From Trichoplax adhaerens (taxonomy: Eukaryota; Animalia; Placozoa), in assembly GCF_000150275.1 (NCBI RefSeq), contig NW_002060973.1:248001-312000 (forward strand): a DNA stretch of 64,000 nt, read 5' to 3'. Numbering within the stretch: the first letter of the stretch is position 1; each line of letters begins with the position of its first letter. Shown here piece after piece: positions 12,872 to 28,200 of the stretch. Both the position numbers and the translations under genes were made by a program. The notes beneath the pieces were generated by a model. It did not search any database. It was not told the origin of the DNA and saw only the letters and a program-made list of their open reading frames with translations.

Positions 12872-15029
12872 ATTGTTAATTTAGATGCCCGATAAAGCAA
12901 TGAGAAAGAAACCAATCAATATCGGGTTAAAAAAAACTGCTTATGGAAATCTAGAAAGGTTTGTAAGCAGAGATAACTGTATTGCCAATTTTTGGATTAT
13001 TTTGTGACAGAGAAGAATGTACTGCTCAATAAGACAATATATATTACTGTACTTCAAGAATGGAATTAGTTGAAAAGGCCGATCAAGATAATTGAGATTG
13101 TAATAGTAGCGCTTGAACTGTTTAGACAGAAAGTTTTAATTGTTGACTATCTAGTATGGATTAAGAATTTGTAAAGACTTTGTTTGATAAATATGGATGG
13201 TATTTATCCGTTTGTACGAGTCAGTTACAAATGGAAAAAAGTTCTAAATTATTTCAAATATCTTCATCAATTTGATTGGAGAAAAGAAGAAGTCGTTTTC
13301 GGTTTGGTGATGGTAGGAATTGATTCAACTTTAAAATCGTTACGAATGGGACTACCAATAGGCTCAACTTAAGCTGCAGGATAAAAAAAGAAGAAAAGGA
13401 TCGTTATCATAGGTTAGCAACTCCTGACACTGGTAATATTATTTTGAAATGCAAAAATAAGTGATCAATCCATTACTAAGGACAGAGTCTGAAAAAATTA
13501 TAAGAATCGATGTCAATAATTTATACCTAGTTGGAAGGATTGATTAATGAAAGAAAAATGTATCCAGTGATGGCAGGAAGACAATATTAACAACGGATTG
13601 TAATTTGTTTTTCAAATTAATGAAACTTTTCAATTTTTCCTACTTTTCCGTTTGAAGCGTTCAAGACCACCAGCAGAGTGATATGCGTACCTACCACAGT
13701 TATCAGAGAGAAAGGAAAAGAGAAATAAAAGTTAAGCTTGACTGTAAAATAAACTGCTTAAGATCTGTTTACCGCGTTTAGCATCTATCGGCGCAAAAGC
13801 GAGAAGGACTAAACTAACCGTATATACAGTATGAAGCGTAGAAAGATGGCTAAAATTTAAGTGAAAAAGCGAGGGATTCTTACCTTAACGATCAAAATTT
13901 GACTGGTTGTTGATGTCTTTAAGTCGACGGTGAAAAAGAGAATTACTAATCACCAGTACTTGTGACTGCTTTGCACGATGATGTCGCGTGCCTAATTGGA
14001 AAGAAATGGAGTTCAAAACAACCGTTGAAATTGTTACGTCGAATTGTTTCCTACCTGGATTTCCTTGTTACAGGAAAAATGGAAAAGGTTGTATTCTTGA
14101 ATGATTTTTTATGAAGAGAGAGGATGATAGTAATATGAAAGCCAATATCTGTTTTTGATTAGGTATAATTATAATTAATTAATTAGTCTAGATGGAATCG
14201 ATCAATTTCAAAAAGTGCTTGACCAGCAAGGATGCCAGTGATGAGCAGTTGGAGAGTAGAATAGGATGTGATGAAAACAACGATGGTTAAAAATAATGTC
14301 GAGACGCGTTTTCAACACTAGCCCAAGCCCAGTAACGAGAGTAACGTTGCCAATAACACATTCAAAGGCAGTTTTAGCTTGATTGATAGTAATTAATCAA
14401 TAAGAATGATTATTTATTGTTTGACAACAACAAAATAGCTCCATAGTAATTTTTTGTCATCATCAATACATTTCATTTAAAATTGCTATATAAAAAGATG
14501 TATTATCTTCAACTTTTCAGTGCGGCAGGTGATACAAGAAATATCTAGGCAATGAGTAATGGTAATGGATTGAAGATTGTACAAATATCAAATTTTTATC
14601 ATCATCATCGTCGTAGCCGGAGAAGAAGAAGAAAAATCATTTTATGTGTAATTTGCAATTTAACACTTTTTCAACCTTCAGACTTGATTAAATCGATTTT
14701 TTCATGTTGGCTAATAGATAAAGGGGGAAAATAGCCCATGAATACAATCCATGACAGGCCTGTTTACATAGTGTGTTTGCTACTGTCTACTTTTGATGTG
14801 GTTAATAGATTATTTGCAGAGAATAGAGTATCGACATTAGTGCATTCATTGTTAACAATGTCTATTGTTTCTTCTCGACGCTGCATATACATTACCACAG
14901 GATGGCACGGAGATGTTAAATTTCAATAGCTGAAATGGCATTATCATGTAAATCAATTGTAGGCTGTCGATTTACTCATCATTGACGTATGGTTGAACGC
15001 ATTTACGTGACAAGAGAAAATATCAAGTA

Positions 15030-18000
15030 CTGGACTTAGACCGTTAACGTCAAGCATTACTGACGTATATATTGCCGTCGATCAAAAGGTTAGAAAGAAA
15101 CTGTTAATAAGAAATGACAACATAGACAAACGATAAATTGACCATGTCTGTTGGCTAAGCAATCAATGACGACACGATCGAATTTACAGTCTCGAAATCT
15201 ATTGAAATGAGGTCATCAATATGCAATTTGTCCTGGGTCGACTCGAATAGACGTTAAAACGATGAAAGTTTTGTCACTTTAATGTGGTCCACATGAATAC
15301 ATAGTCAATATGTAAGGTAGTGGACGACGTTAGCCTCCAATCTATTAGGGAAAGGTCCAAAAATTACAGTTTTACCGGATCAAATTGAATTAACAATGAT
15401 TCAGTGTCTAAAAAATGAGAATCCGGTCATCTTATACGGCCGATAGGAGTTAACAATTGTTTCTAAAGGGCGAGAAGGATATTATTTAACTTTACTAACT
15501 GGCAAGCAGTGCAGTGATATTGATCTTAATGGAATTTAGTTGATTTAAATAACGTCTGTGTTCATATTAAATAGATACTGGCATGACTATGATCTATTGA
15601 ACCTGAGGTCGGTAACATTATCAAAGGATATTAATTAAGAGCAAATTTAAGTATTTTTTAGCTCAGTTCGTTTTCAGCTTGTGATTGATTTGGCCTGTTA
15701 TCATTTTGATAACGATACTATTACCATCATTTCAATTAGAATTTATCATTAGTTTAGAAGATGAGAACAGTATTGTAATACAGTAGTAAGTTGGAACTGA
15801 ATTTGAGATCTACAGATTTTAAGGGCACATTTACCGTTGACTTGAATTTGACTAGAAAGGTTGACCGCACATACAGCATCTAGTTTGATTCAATTTATTG
15901 TATAGGCAAGAGATAAGCGCTTTACTTTTCACATGGGTAAGTCGGATCCATACATAGGCTGCAAATTATATCGTCTCACTCAAATAAGAGTGATAGCAGC
16001 ACTGATGTGCTCTATTCGAAACCCAGGATCTCAGGAATAATCTACAATCTTAAGTTCTTCGAATGTTTATTTTATAGATGAGCGCAATTTTATCTAGATC
16101 GGGTTAACTCCATGCGGATAACATTGGATCGATCAATACTCTGATCCACTTTCATGGCTGGTTGTAAATTATAACACCAGCTTATTTCAATAGAAATATC
16201 CTGTAGCCGACAGACAGCTGTCCATTTTAAATGAAAGACAGTGGGCTAACGTAGAGTTATCAAAATGATCAGGATGCTAAATTGCTAGCCAATCAATATT
16301 TTGTCATCCTACCTTGTCATTCTTATTACTGTTTTTTGCCGATAGATAATTACAATGACAAAATGGAGAAGCTGTTATAGCCCGCTAATGCAAGTACTAA
16401 TTAATCAAAAGTTGTATTTTTTGTTAGTTACTTCATCAGTTTTCTAGTGGTACGAAGTGATATTTATATTCATAGAAATTGGACGAAATCAGCTCTAGAT
16501 ATAGCAACGATTTTAAATACGGCGGAAATAAACTATGAGTTTCCGGTACTGACTGAAGAGATAAGTGAGCAATATCATCACGTAATCAGCCTATTGGTCC
16601 GCATGAAATGATGAGTAGCAATATTGCTACTAATTAATTAATTGCTTGATTAATTAATTATGCCGTTTTAATGAATTGCACTTCAATTATAAATAACGCT
16701 GAGAGCTAAGGTTCGATCATCAGTCATGGCGGTGTTAGCAAACTGCAGACTAAATATTCAACCATATAGGTTACTTTTACGATAAATAACTCTTATCTAG
16801 GACCCTTTCCTAACTATGATATTTGGTAACAGTTTCGAAGAGATTTTATTAATTGATGGCAAGTAATATCCTTCATTTAATTTGAATCTCGACTCTGATC
16901 CAGTACGGAAATTCTATTGACTATAAATACAATTCTATAGACAAGCGTTTCTTGATGGGCCCGATCCTTTTAGACTTTCGGTAAACTTTAGTCTGTTTCA
17001 TGACCAAAACTAGACCAAATGATTATCATACTACTTGAGCTACAGAAAAAATTCGGTGAAATACTCTGAGGTAGACTATTTACCTTTAATCAACATGATA
17101 TTTATTTTATCATAGAATTTGTCTCGGACAGAATATTATTGACATAATATTCTTATAGATTATGTGACTAACCAATAAAGGTTGCATGTCCTTCTATTGG
17201 ATATGTTTACCCTATTATTTATTTCAATTCAAGCATGGATTGTATTAATATTAGTGAAGTATAAATTATCTTTGCCGTTGTAGATTAAAAGTCAGTGCTA
17301 ACTTGTCAATTTTCTTTATTTTGCCGTAACTAGTCTAGCTGTGACAAATTGATACTTGCATTATTATTATTCTAAATTAGGAATAGGCAGATATCCTGTA
17401 AGATCATGGGAAAATTTCAACAGCTATTTTATGCGACATCAGTTAAAGCCAAAAGTGGTGAATAAGAAAGGAAGGCTATCGGCAAATAGGAATGCGAACG
17501 TAGAATGAAACAAATTAGTAGTATTTTAATCGGAGAGATTAACTGTAAGCATCCATATTATTAATCTTTGTTATTTTGTGACAGCATATGGGATCAAGAT
17601 GCCTGATGTCTTATTGAGATGCGAGTAAATTCTATTAACATTGATGGAAAAGTCGTCTACTAAAAAGACGATTATAATTATCGGTATGCAACATCCACAG
17701 CGTTAGTTAGGTGGGCCTCTAGCGGATTCTTAATGAATAACTCAATGGTATGCATACTATCACTGTAGTATACTATCATAATTTTGTCCCGGGAAACAGA
17801 AATATAAAATGAGTCTTTAAAACGTTAAAACTAGTGACTCGGATATCTACATAACAAGTTTAGTATGTAATGGTTATATAGTTTCTGATAGGAGAATTGC
17901 TGTAACCTTATAATAGAGATTCAATAGGCATAAAGATTTAATAGCATGCGGGCATATAAATATTACTGAACTCATTGATTCTCAAGACTATGTAGCAGAT

Positions 18001-21000
18001 CATTACGTCATGGTAAAACATTTAGAAGGAGAAATGGATTTTTCTCCTAAAAAATATTTCAAAGTTTGAGTTTGATCTTTACTAATATAAATCCATGCAC
18101 TGTATCTTCTCTATTTTAGGATAGGGAGTCGATAATGTTGATTATATTCACTCCAGTAACTCCTGCATGTACAGTAAGACTGTCATAATAGAATTAAAAT
18201 TAAACAGTCCTACGCCATTAGACGTCGAAGTAAGTTTTGCTTCATGTCATTGATGACATCCAGAAGACACTGCAACTTTGTTCTTCCGTGATAAATATTT
18301 TGAATAATATTAGCGAATAGTAATCGATATGGAATGAATTCCATTGGATGGATTCATTAGGCTATTTTAATAGAAATGAAATGAATAGTTAAAATATTGG
18401 ATAGGAACTAGGCAGCAATAATTTCACTACTGGGTGGCCAGTCAAGTTCAACTTGCCCTTAGGCTATCAATTGGAATGGGCAGTCAAGGCAATCTTGTAC
18501 CAGCCCACTATGACACATTATTTCTATTTTTACAATAACGATCTTGTAGATGGCATGTAAATACAGCAATTGTTTAAAATTTTGCGGTTAATTAATGGCA
18601 ATCATTACGTGAATAAGGTTGTAGAATAAGAATAGAGACAATCATGAACTGATTCGTAAAATAGCAGCGTAGTGTTTCCTTTTACTAAATTGCTTTATTT
18701 TACCGGTTTTAAGAATGACTCCCTCAGGAATTGCCTGTAGTCCATCATATCTTTGATTTTTCATTGTATACTAGAAATGTAATAGTATCAAGCTTCATTG
18801 GCGCTAGGTTAACGCTCCCTCAACTCCATAAAAATAACAGCTGGTCTGTACAAGTATTAGGCAATCTAATAGAGTAGATTTTGAATTTTTTAGGACATCT
18901 ACTACCACATAATCAATACATTCAGTATGTTTTAATTTCATGTGATGTTTGAGATCAGATTAAGCGTAAACATCGAACACATGGAAAGTAAATATTGTCT
19001 AACGAGTTTATCCTTGCCATCATTAAAAAATACGAGTAGTTGCTAGTTTTTGACTCATGCAAAGAAGAATAGATTCGTGATAGAGCGTAATAATCTGGCA
19101 TTTATACCTAATTCTTTGACTAACGGGTTAAAGAGATGCTCTATTTTATTCCGCAATTTGTATCAGCTCAGTTGACCCTAAGTAAACACTAACCAGCCAC
19201 TAGTCAATAAAAAAATGCTAGGCTTTACTAATTTATTAAATCAGCAGGATACAGCCAGTTTGAAACACTTTACGTGCCTTATGATAACCTCCATTATTTT
19301 ACTTCCGCGTGGATTGAATATAGTATCTATCACATGAAAAGTAAATATTGTGTACTACTTCGTCAGGAACTCCCTTTACAATGAGACTCCACGCTAATTT
19401 TTTGCATCCTGCAATAAAGAAACTGGCTTATGATATAGCGTACAGGCAGTAATCTTTATGCTATTTCTGATTTCCATAATTAATGAACGTCTTATAATTA
19501 TAACTGGTAAAAATTTAAGCCAGTCTTTATAAGTATCAGTCACGCGAGATCTGTAAAATGCAAGTACGATCAAATTTGGAATCTTTTATTCCTCGATATA
19601 ATATCAATGATATTTGTCTTTTATGTGGTAGATGGGATCGATTTGAACGTAAATATTATATGTCTAGTTTACTATTGCCTCCATTTAAAATAAGACTAAA
19701 GGCTAGTTTGTAGCAGTGGATTATATAAGGAAACATAGACTTATAATACCTTTGGAGCGGTAGTCTTAGAATTACTGTACGCGTATATCTTGCTTACAAG
19801 GCTATCGACATTTAATTTTAGACCGTTTTATTTTGATATACTTTGATGCCACTTTATCTTACTAAAAGCTCTGAAATAAGCCCAAGTAAATATAAACATC
19901 TATTCATGATCCACGGGACAGCCAAAACTAGTTATCTGAATTTTCACATTATAGAATGAGTTAGGACGTAGCGGAACATACTAGCCTTAATACTTGATTA
20001 CTTTATCGTTCGAAATTTGTGGATGACCTAATATTTCATTTATTAACCTAATTTTTCAGTTGCCTACATCGTATATTCTGTCTTATAGACGGGACTCAAT
20101 TGAGTCTAACTTAAGGTAAATATCGTCAGAGGAAAATCTCAGGGAATTACAGTTAGTAGACAGCAACCCATGGTTAAAACGACAGCGAATACAAATTTGA
20201 GAGTTTTGAACCATACAACGGAGAAACAGTCGTATTTTATCGGAATACTCTATTCTATGCTATACCTAGAAATTGAAATACTTGCTAGATATGAGATATT
20301 GGAATGTAACCGTTGCTGATAAAAACGACAATACTCCAAATATTTAGGCTATGAGATATTATCAGACTATGGCTCTGATGGAACTGTTTCAATGAATAAC
20401 CGATATATAACGTCGTAAGAAAGATTAGCGCACACATGTAATTTTCAGCTGAAATGATCGGATAAGGATGGAGGTTGTTAATTAAACGACTGGATTGTAT
20501 AGCGTAGTCAGGGATGCGAAGAGAATAGGACTACATTGGATATTTACAAATATCATCATTATACTTTAATCACGTCGAAAATATTCACTAATATGGGAGG
20601 ATCAAAGTTGACAATTAGTTGAAGCTACATGTATTGACCGAGTAACACGCCTCAGAATTATCCGATCAAAGTGTTAATACAATACGAAGAACGTTAATGG
20701 ATCATTTGATGGATTGTACTGTAGACAATGTCGTGAGGCTAAAGGCAGAAGATGATTTTATAGATCCATAAATACAGTATAAAAACAAGGTGTGAAAGAT
20801 TGTTAATCACAGTTCGATATTACTGACAGCCAATGGACGCTTGTACGTGAACATTAAAGTAAAACGGTAATCTGCCGTCTGATCATTTCAAATTCTATAC
20901 TGGCCGTACCAAGACTTCGCAAAGAATCTTTGTATAAGTCGAAGAGGTGGAAAGTTGCCATTAGGACTAATGCGTTGGTAGTATTGATTTAGAATAATTC

Positions 21001-21560
21001 CAAAGTAAATTATAACTTAATTTGTCTAATTTTTACGTGATAATATCATGGAAATCACATTCTATGATCCAACTTTTTTTTCGAAAGTTATTTAGCAGTA
21101 AACGCAAGTTCCCAAAAGTATTTGATAAGAGAAAGTAACTTAGATCTAAATACGGTCAGATTCCTTTCCAATAAAAATCTTTTATGATTACAGCTAGAAC
21201 ACTGTAATTACCAAAAAAAGCGAAAGCTCAGATGGAATAGTGTAAATTAGTACAACAAAAAAGAACATCGGATTATATTGGATGGATCAGATACGGTCTG
21301 ATCGTATTTCAGAAAAGTTCCATTTCACTCAACTGAATAAATGGTACAAAATCTATCTTACGGCAGGTTACCCACCATCACTCCTGAAAAACACGTCCAT
21401 CCTGTGGCATTGAGTGGCATGTAGCTAGCTACTGTTTTGATCGGAGAGTGTACTGTTATATTTTATTTTAATAGAATTCGTTGTTTAAGTTAATAATCGC
21501 ATTAGATAATTTTATTGCCATCATAATCACCCGGTAAAATCCTGTATATACTTAATGGGC
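15030..21560 (+). pseudogene. Heavily decayed multi-repeat cadherin gene
   Basis: No ORF over 60 aa, but cadherin motifs appear in the right order: FEI..GTFTV..VDRT..QFIV*ARDK (15802-15917), PLTSSITDVYIAV (about 15041), DQDA/DSD DxD motifs (about 16270, 16890, 17592), NVTVADKNDNTP (20303-20338), DKDGG (20461). Boundaries are approximate. Confidence 0.65.
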
Positions 21561-23188
21561 AGCTATGAGAGAAATAATAATTACACGTTGATATTATTTT
21601 ATCAATAATGATGGTTAAGATACTGTTGAAGTATAAGGAAGATCTTATTTTCCATAGGGTCGGAAATTACTAAATGACTATCAAAGGAAACTGAAAGTGG
21701 ATAAACACATAAGCAGTGGACCTTACGAGATATGTTTCTAGTATTTATAATTTTAAAAGCTGAAAGGTAAGGTTAAGGCCTCGTTTAGAATGGCCTATTA
21801 TATTTGTGTGCCATAATCTGCTTCGTAGGATTTTATCATTCCGATACTCAATATTTATTCTATTTATAAAAATCGAGGCTGCGCTATATTCTTATTTGAA
21901 ACTGTTTAGGATTGGAAACATATGCAGTTCTTGTGAAAGGTAATTAAGAAGGGATCAACAGATACCCAACGAGTGGTAGAGGGATTGTGGTGGTAGTAAT
22001 GAAAATTTTATACTGTATACAGAGAGAAATCAAGTCAAGAACTCGTTTTAGAATATTTTTTCTCTCGTGCGTTATTGTATATCAGAATCGGTTTCGTAGA
22101 AAAGTGTTTCTTCGATACCCTATATGTTTGTGTTATTTATAAATATAGAGAAAATAATTATTCTGATTTCAAATTGCGAATCTAATTTATGCTAAATTTG
22201 TCGTACATTTCTGATGGTGTAAAATTTATTGTACAACTTAACAATACTTTGCTCCTTCCCTGGTGTGTGCATGTGTCTATGGTCATTTGCCTATAATTTT
22301 ATTTTACGAATTGATGAAATTTCGATTGGATATTTTATATAGCAATGCCGTTACTCTTTCTTTTCGTGCTGCTTATCAAGATGAAAAATTTATAATGGAT
22401 ACTTAAGTCATTTTAGTTTAACATTACAATTCCCGATACAGCAGTGCTCAAAAGTTTGAAATTGATGAAAGTGTAATTGAGAGACTTAACTAGTGCACGA
22501 GTAGAATTTGATCTTACACGTTACTGTAATGGTCGATAAGGTTTTATAGTAATTAGAAGCCAATCTTTACGCCGACTACAGCGATATTTGCGATATATTC
22601 CAAATCAGAAAAGCTACATTTTCAATATTGCACCTTGGAATTGATGGTGCAAAATAGTCTAGTTTGTGCCCATAAACGCTAGGCAATAATTGCAAATCCG
22701 ACGAGATGGACTATCATCTCTATCTTCATTTTTAGTAATGCCAAAGGCTTACGAAATTTGATTACTGTACAGTATATGTCGAGTGAGGTTACAACATCTG
22801 CGAATTATAAATATACTATATGCTATGTATGTTATGGCTAAATTAAGCGTAACATACATACCGCAATAACAGATGTAAAATTAAATGATACTAAACTGCA
22901 TAAATATGTTGGTGGTAGCAGGAAAGGTATGATATATCGTGTGGTTGGACTAGGGGCCACGTTTGGCAATAGGATATCCATGATCCATGCAGATTTCTAA
23001 ATCAATTTATAAAATATCGAAAATAAAGAGTTTCTAAATATCTTCACGGTTGAAATTGATGACTCTTAAATTATATTGTAGAAATAAAAACATTGAAACA
23101 GTTTGATGCTGTCGGTATCTGGTTCAGAAAACGGTAAATTTCTAAAAATCATTTCCTACTAAAACAGCAAACTTCTGAAAATCATTTT

Positions 23189-23241
23189 CCTACTTCCATC
23201 CACAACCCCTAACCCTAACCCCTACTTCCATCCACAACCCC
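23189..23241. repeat. Short interstitial telomeric tract (CCCTAA)2.5 between 21-bp direct repeats
   Basis: CCCTAACCCTAACCC at 23207-23221; cctacttccatccacaacccc at 23189-23209 and 23221-23241. Confidence 0.75.
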
Positions 23242-25248
23242 CTCCATCACCCCTATGCGGCGTTCTGCCTTATATACTCTCTTCCAGTCTTCTGTTCAAC
23301 TTAATTACGTAGATGTTAAAATACTGTACTATATCACCTCGACTATCTGCGTCCATGTCTCAATATGCTTTTGTCACACTTTACTGAGATTACGCAAGTG
23401 TTAGCTTGTCTAATTAATATTTTGGCTAGGTTAGCCTAATGTGGAATGATATTTATGACTGTAGAGTACGTGAAATTTTATCACTAGCGTAGAAGTAATT
23501 CTTTTACAGTTACTAGTGCAAACTCCCGTCGCTTTGCTGACGGTTTACGATAATGTGCTCATTTAACAGATAGTATTACCATTTGATAGACCTGTCAGAC
23601 TAACACTCGTTCAAATCTCTTCTTTCACCTTAGTTTTTAACTGTACATATCTCCCTATCATTGAATGAATCTTACTCAGAAATGAATAACACCATATTCT
23701 ATCCCTCGAATGCTACAAAGTATCAGTCATTGCAAAGTTTTCACATTAATTTCGAAAGCACATGGCTAACTGCATATCAATAATTGTCACAACCACTATA
23801 GGTTCTCTAACCACCGTATATGTCTTGCTATGGTCTTCTTTTAATATATTGATAAAACAATCGATTAATTCATTATAACTTTAATATACAGTATTCAATA
23901 TAGAACCTAACATATCCAATTATCCATACAGCAGTAAGTTCTAGCACATCTACTTAGTCGATTTCCATCAGACATCAAAATACAAACCTCTACTTTATAG
24001 TATTAACTGCTAAAGGGAGAGCTCTATGGGCTTTGTCAAGAAGTGGACAGTTGAGCAGTTGTGAGCTGGTTTCCATGGAGTTATTAATAAAGTGGCTGGC
24101 TCAGATGCATCGATTTGAGATCCGATCCGATTAATTCCATAGAGTTGACAAATGAGGCAGCTATTAGTTAATTAGAATAATATAATGAATAACAGAGCTA
24201 TTCTAGTACTCTACAAAACACATTGTATGGAAATAATATTCATAAAAAACAGTTTTTATGAATCCTTCTGCATCGATTTGAGATCCGACCTGGTCGATTT
24301 CTGAGGAGTTGACTAATATTATAAATAAAAGCTATTATTCATGCTTTAAAGGCACATCTAGAAAATGATTAAAAATAAAATTGCTTAGACTACTCTTAAG
24401 GGAACATTATGTAGGAACAAATGGTCCAAATAGCCGTTCTCCTAAGCTCTGTTAGAAGGTAGACTTAGAGCAGGGCATGATGGAAACGCAGAGAAATGGC
24501 GGCAACGAATCCCCAGGCTTAGAGCAGATAATCTGCGCATGCTTCCGCTTGTTATGTCCGTAGTCCAGTGTTCTGTAGCGGTCACAGAATATAGCATTCC
24601 TGTATGGCATTATTTGACATACTGCACCACATGTTGTGAGCTATAGTTTGGAGCACTACAGTATCGGACTATATCGGGACTGCATCGTACCAACCTCGTT
24701 ACTATAGAGAAAGCTGCAGGCCTTTGTCAATTCGAAGCTTGGCAATTTCTCTCCAGCCATTTCCAGTCTAGGTCGTCTCTTGCAGGTAAAAGTTTGATTA
24801 TCCGACGTGGATAGAGTAATTTCAAGAGTAGCTTGAGCTGAATGAGGTTTTAGTCATGTAGGAGATGATAACGAATTGCAGAATGATCGTCTAATTTGTT
24901 CTAGGAGTTAAATTTGAGGCTGAAATCTTGCAGTATTAAATTGTCAATCCAACTCTTGCAGGTCCAATCTTGGCAACTAGTATTTGCATCCTTTGAATTC
25001 TGCTAGCCAGTATTAAGTGCTAGAAGTTAGCAGCTTTAGACCCATTTCACAGGTTTATTTTAATTCATTACATTACAATATTCGTATAATTTTGGATCTG
25101 ATCTTGCTTACTTTTCGTAAATGAATGGACTGCAAATAGTAGCCATTAGCTGCAGCTGAGGGTGATGACAGAGAGTATATGAAATCAACTATTTTCTGCT
25201 TAGATTCGTCTTTATGATATTCTAGGTAGTTCTTTCAGGCCAAGAAAA

Positions 25249-28200
25249 ATGTCCAGTTTTCGTAAATTAATCAAAGGAAAAGCATCTCAAAAGAAAATTA
25301 ATTCGCCTTTAGCAAGATATTCGTATCCTTGCACTTTGGATTAATTCAAAATTAAAATTTCTGTGCAATGTGTCAGGTTGAGTGATAATACTCGTACATG
25401 GCAGAGTGTTTAGAAGGAGCCTTGTGCTTAGTTAGTTTAAAACGTTATGGTAACATTATTTTATACCCCCATGCACTAGTAGAATAATTTATACTAGATA
25501 GTTAGGTTATATTCGCTATTTGTGTGCCTTAATTTAATTTTCATCAACATAGGCCAGAAGTGAAAACTCATTCTTACTATGCACTTTATTTTTGTTTACC
25601 TGACGATGCTTAATGGAAGACGCCAATGGTAGTACTAAAATAACTCAAACTGCATGTACAATTTGTCTGTCATAATGACTTTAATTTTTATCGTTCAAGG
25701 GCAACAGGATTGTATTAGATTCCTTATAACAGATTTGATCCATCTATAGGGCACCTAGATGGTTTTCGCTAGAGGACTTAAGCCAATAGGATTGCTGATA
25801 TGTATACGTAATTTTCACCGCGATTCTCGTACAACGCTTAATGGAAGACCTCAGTACTAGTTCTAGAATCTTTAAATTAGATTTCCTACTTGTGTAGTAT
25901 GATGAATTTCATTTCCGTTTTCAATGGTTGGATTACCGTACAATATTTGGTAATAAATTTAATCTAGCAATAGACGTTTGAATGCTAGTACAAATAATCA
26001 TTCATATTAAACATTTTCTCTACCTGACAGTGTTTATTAACTAAAGACTTCGAAGGGTGTACTTGAATATCCTAGCTGTTTTTTCTCTACTTGTGTATCA
26101 TGCCCACTTTTCGTTTCCATCATCTAAAGCTAGTAATGTTGGATTACAATTATTAACTGCACATTTGATCAATCGATATATTTTTGACGTCCAACAAAGC
26201 AATCTTTCGTTTTAGATATTTTTTTACCTGACAGCGCTTTATAGAGTACCTCAATATTATAGCTAACTTAGACTTTACTTACCGTATAACTGAAGTGATA
26301 ATTACCTTTGACTAAAGGTGGTAAAAAATTTGAAAATTATGCTGTGAAAATACGGTCTGTTCTTCACTTTGCCATAGTTCACGATTTGAATAACTGCAAA
26401 ATAATATCCTAAACCAGACTAGACCTGCATACCCTACTGTATATTAACAAATTGATAATGCTTCTGTACAGCTATATATTGGCATATTTTGTATGATAAT
26501 AATCTTCCACATTAAATGATTAACATGAACTGAAAGTTTTACGATCTGCATGACAATATGACATATTAAATATGGTGTAATGATAGTTGCGAATCTCTAC
26601 TACTAATCTCCATTGCATCTGGAGAGAGACAATTATTGATAATAATTAGAAAAATTTTAGCTTCTATCGACTACTCTAACATTAGCAGGCTATCATCTTG
26701 TTATACCTTAATATAAAACAAAATGTAGTAATACTGGCCAGCTATCCTGTGCAATATGTAATTGTAATGTGAAAAATGAATTACTTTGGAATGCTCATAT
26801 TCAAAGTAAAAAACATAAAGAGGTTAGTAAATCAAAGGATTGCGTTACGATATCACATTTTATATGTTAATGAAAGTCATACTTACAAGCATCATCGTGT
26901 ATGACAACGACTGCTCTACTGACTATCCTAATTGAATCGATTTAGAGCGTCTTAAACCTTAAAGCACAATCTAATAAAGTGGAAACCAAACATTATGCAG
27001 TCAATAAGAAAGTGGTAAGAATCGCATATTCTATATTACTACCTCAATTGAATGCGGCTCAATCACGGCTTTACTTGATACTGTGTGCTGGATGAGTCAT
27101 GATTTAGGCTTGTATTTCTGTCGCGAAAAGAAAATGTACAGAATTTAATAATACTACATTTTATACATCTATATTTCGCTTCGCAGTAAGTAGCAATAGC
27201 AGTGATAAATATCCGAGGCTGACTCTTAACAGCTTAATGCTCTTCCTTCCATTTTGGTAGTCCAATACGAAAAAATAAATTGTTTTGTTTTTCCTGTACA
27301 AACTGTTCTGTCGAGGATAAAACATATTATCATCAATTATTTTGCTTTGTCCACGAGGAAAACTTTGTCATGTGAAAGTCAAATTAGCTACTGAACAAAT
27401 GAATTTACTAACATTTGATTATTCTTTCTGATCTAATACTGTACCAAGGTATCCCAGAATGACGATTCTTCCACTTTTGCAAAACCCACTTTACCCGATA
27501 GCAAAAGAAAGGTTGGAAGAACATTTAATTCATGGAAATATTACGCGTTGTATTATAAAACAAGTTTAACCTGACTCTGATTTTCTTATTGTTTACAGCA
27601 ATCTGTCGGCGATGATGAACAATCTGAGCTAGCTGCAAAAAAGTTAAAAGGTAATACCATATACAACTGCTAGTTAAGGCTTTCGTACTTTGTAAAAGTT
27701 GATTGGTCCATATTTTCTCATGTTGACGTATTACTTATATGTTCCATTATTACAGTTGATGAGGAATCAGTTAATAAATCTGAAGGAAATAGGTACAAAT
27801 TGATAATCTATAAATAAAAAAACATTTAAGTTTTTGTATTGGATTTGATTTAAATTCGGGTAATACAACTTAACTGATGGAGATATTATATCACAACAGC
27901 TTGCCTTCCGATTTCTTTGACAGTGGATCAGCGTCTAGTACAAGTACCAATACTACGGAAGAAGCTAAACTTACTGCAAACTCACTTGGTATAGATAAAT
28001 TTTACGGATGAAAGTGTTGCTGTTTCTTTTATTATTGAAATTTATCGAGGTTGTTATCTTCATGGTAGTTGGAAAATATGATGATGATGAGGAAGACAGT
28101 GAGGATGAAGATGAAGAAAATGATTCTGGAAAGAATGAAACTGCAAACGAGCAACAACCGTGAGATTATATATTATATAAACTTTAAGCACAGTTTTAAT

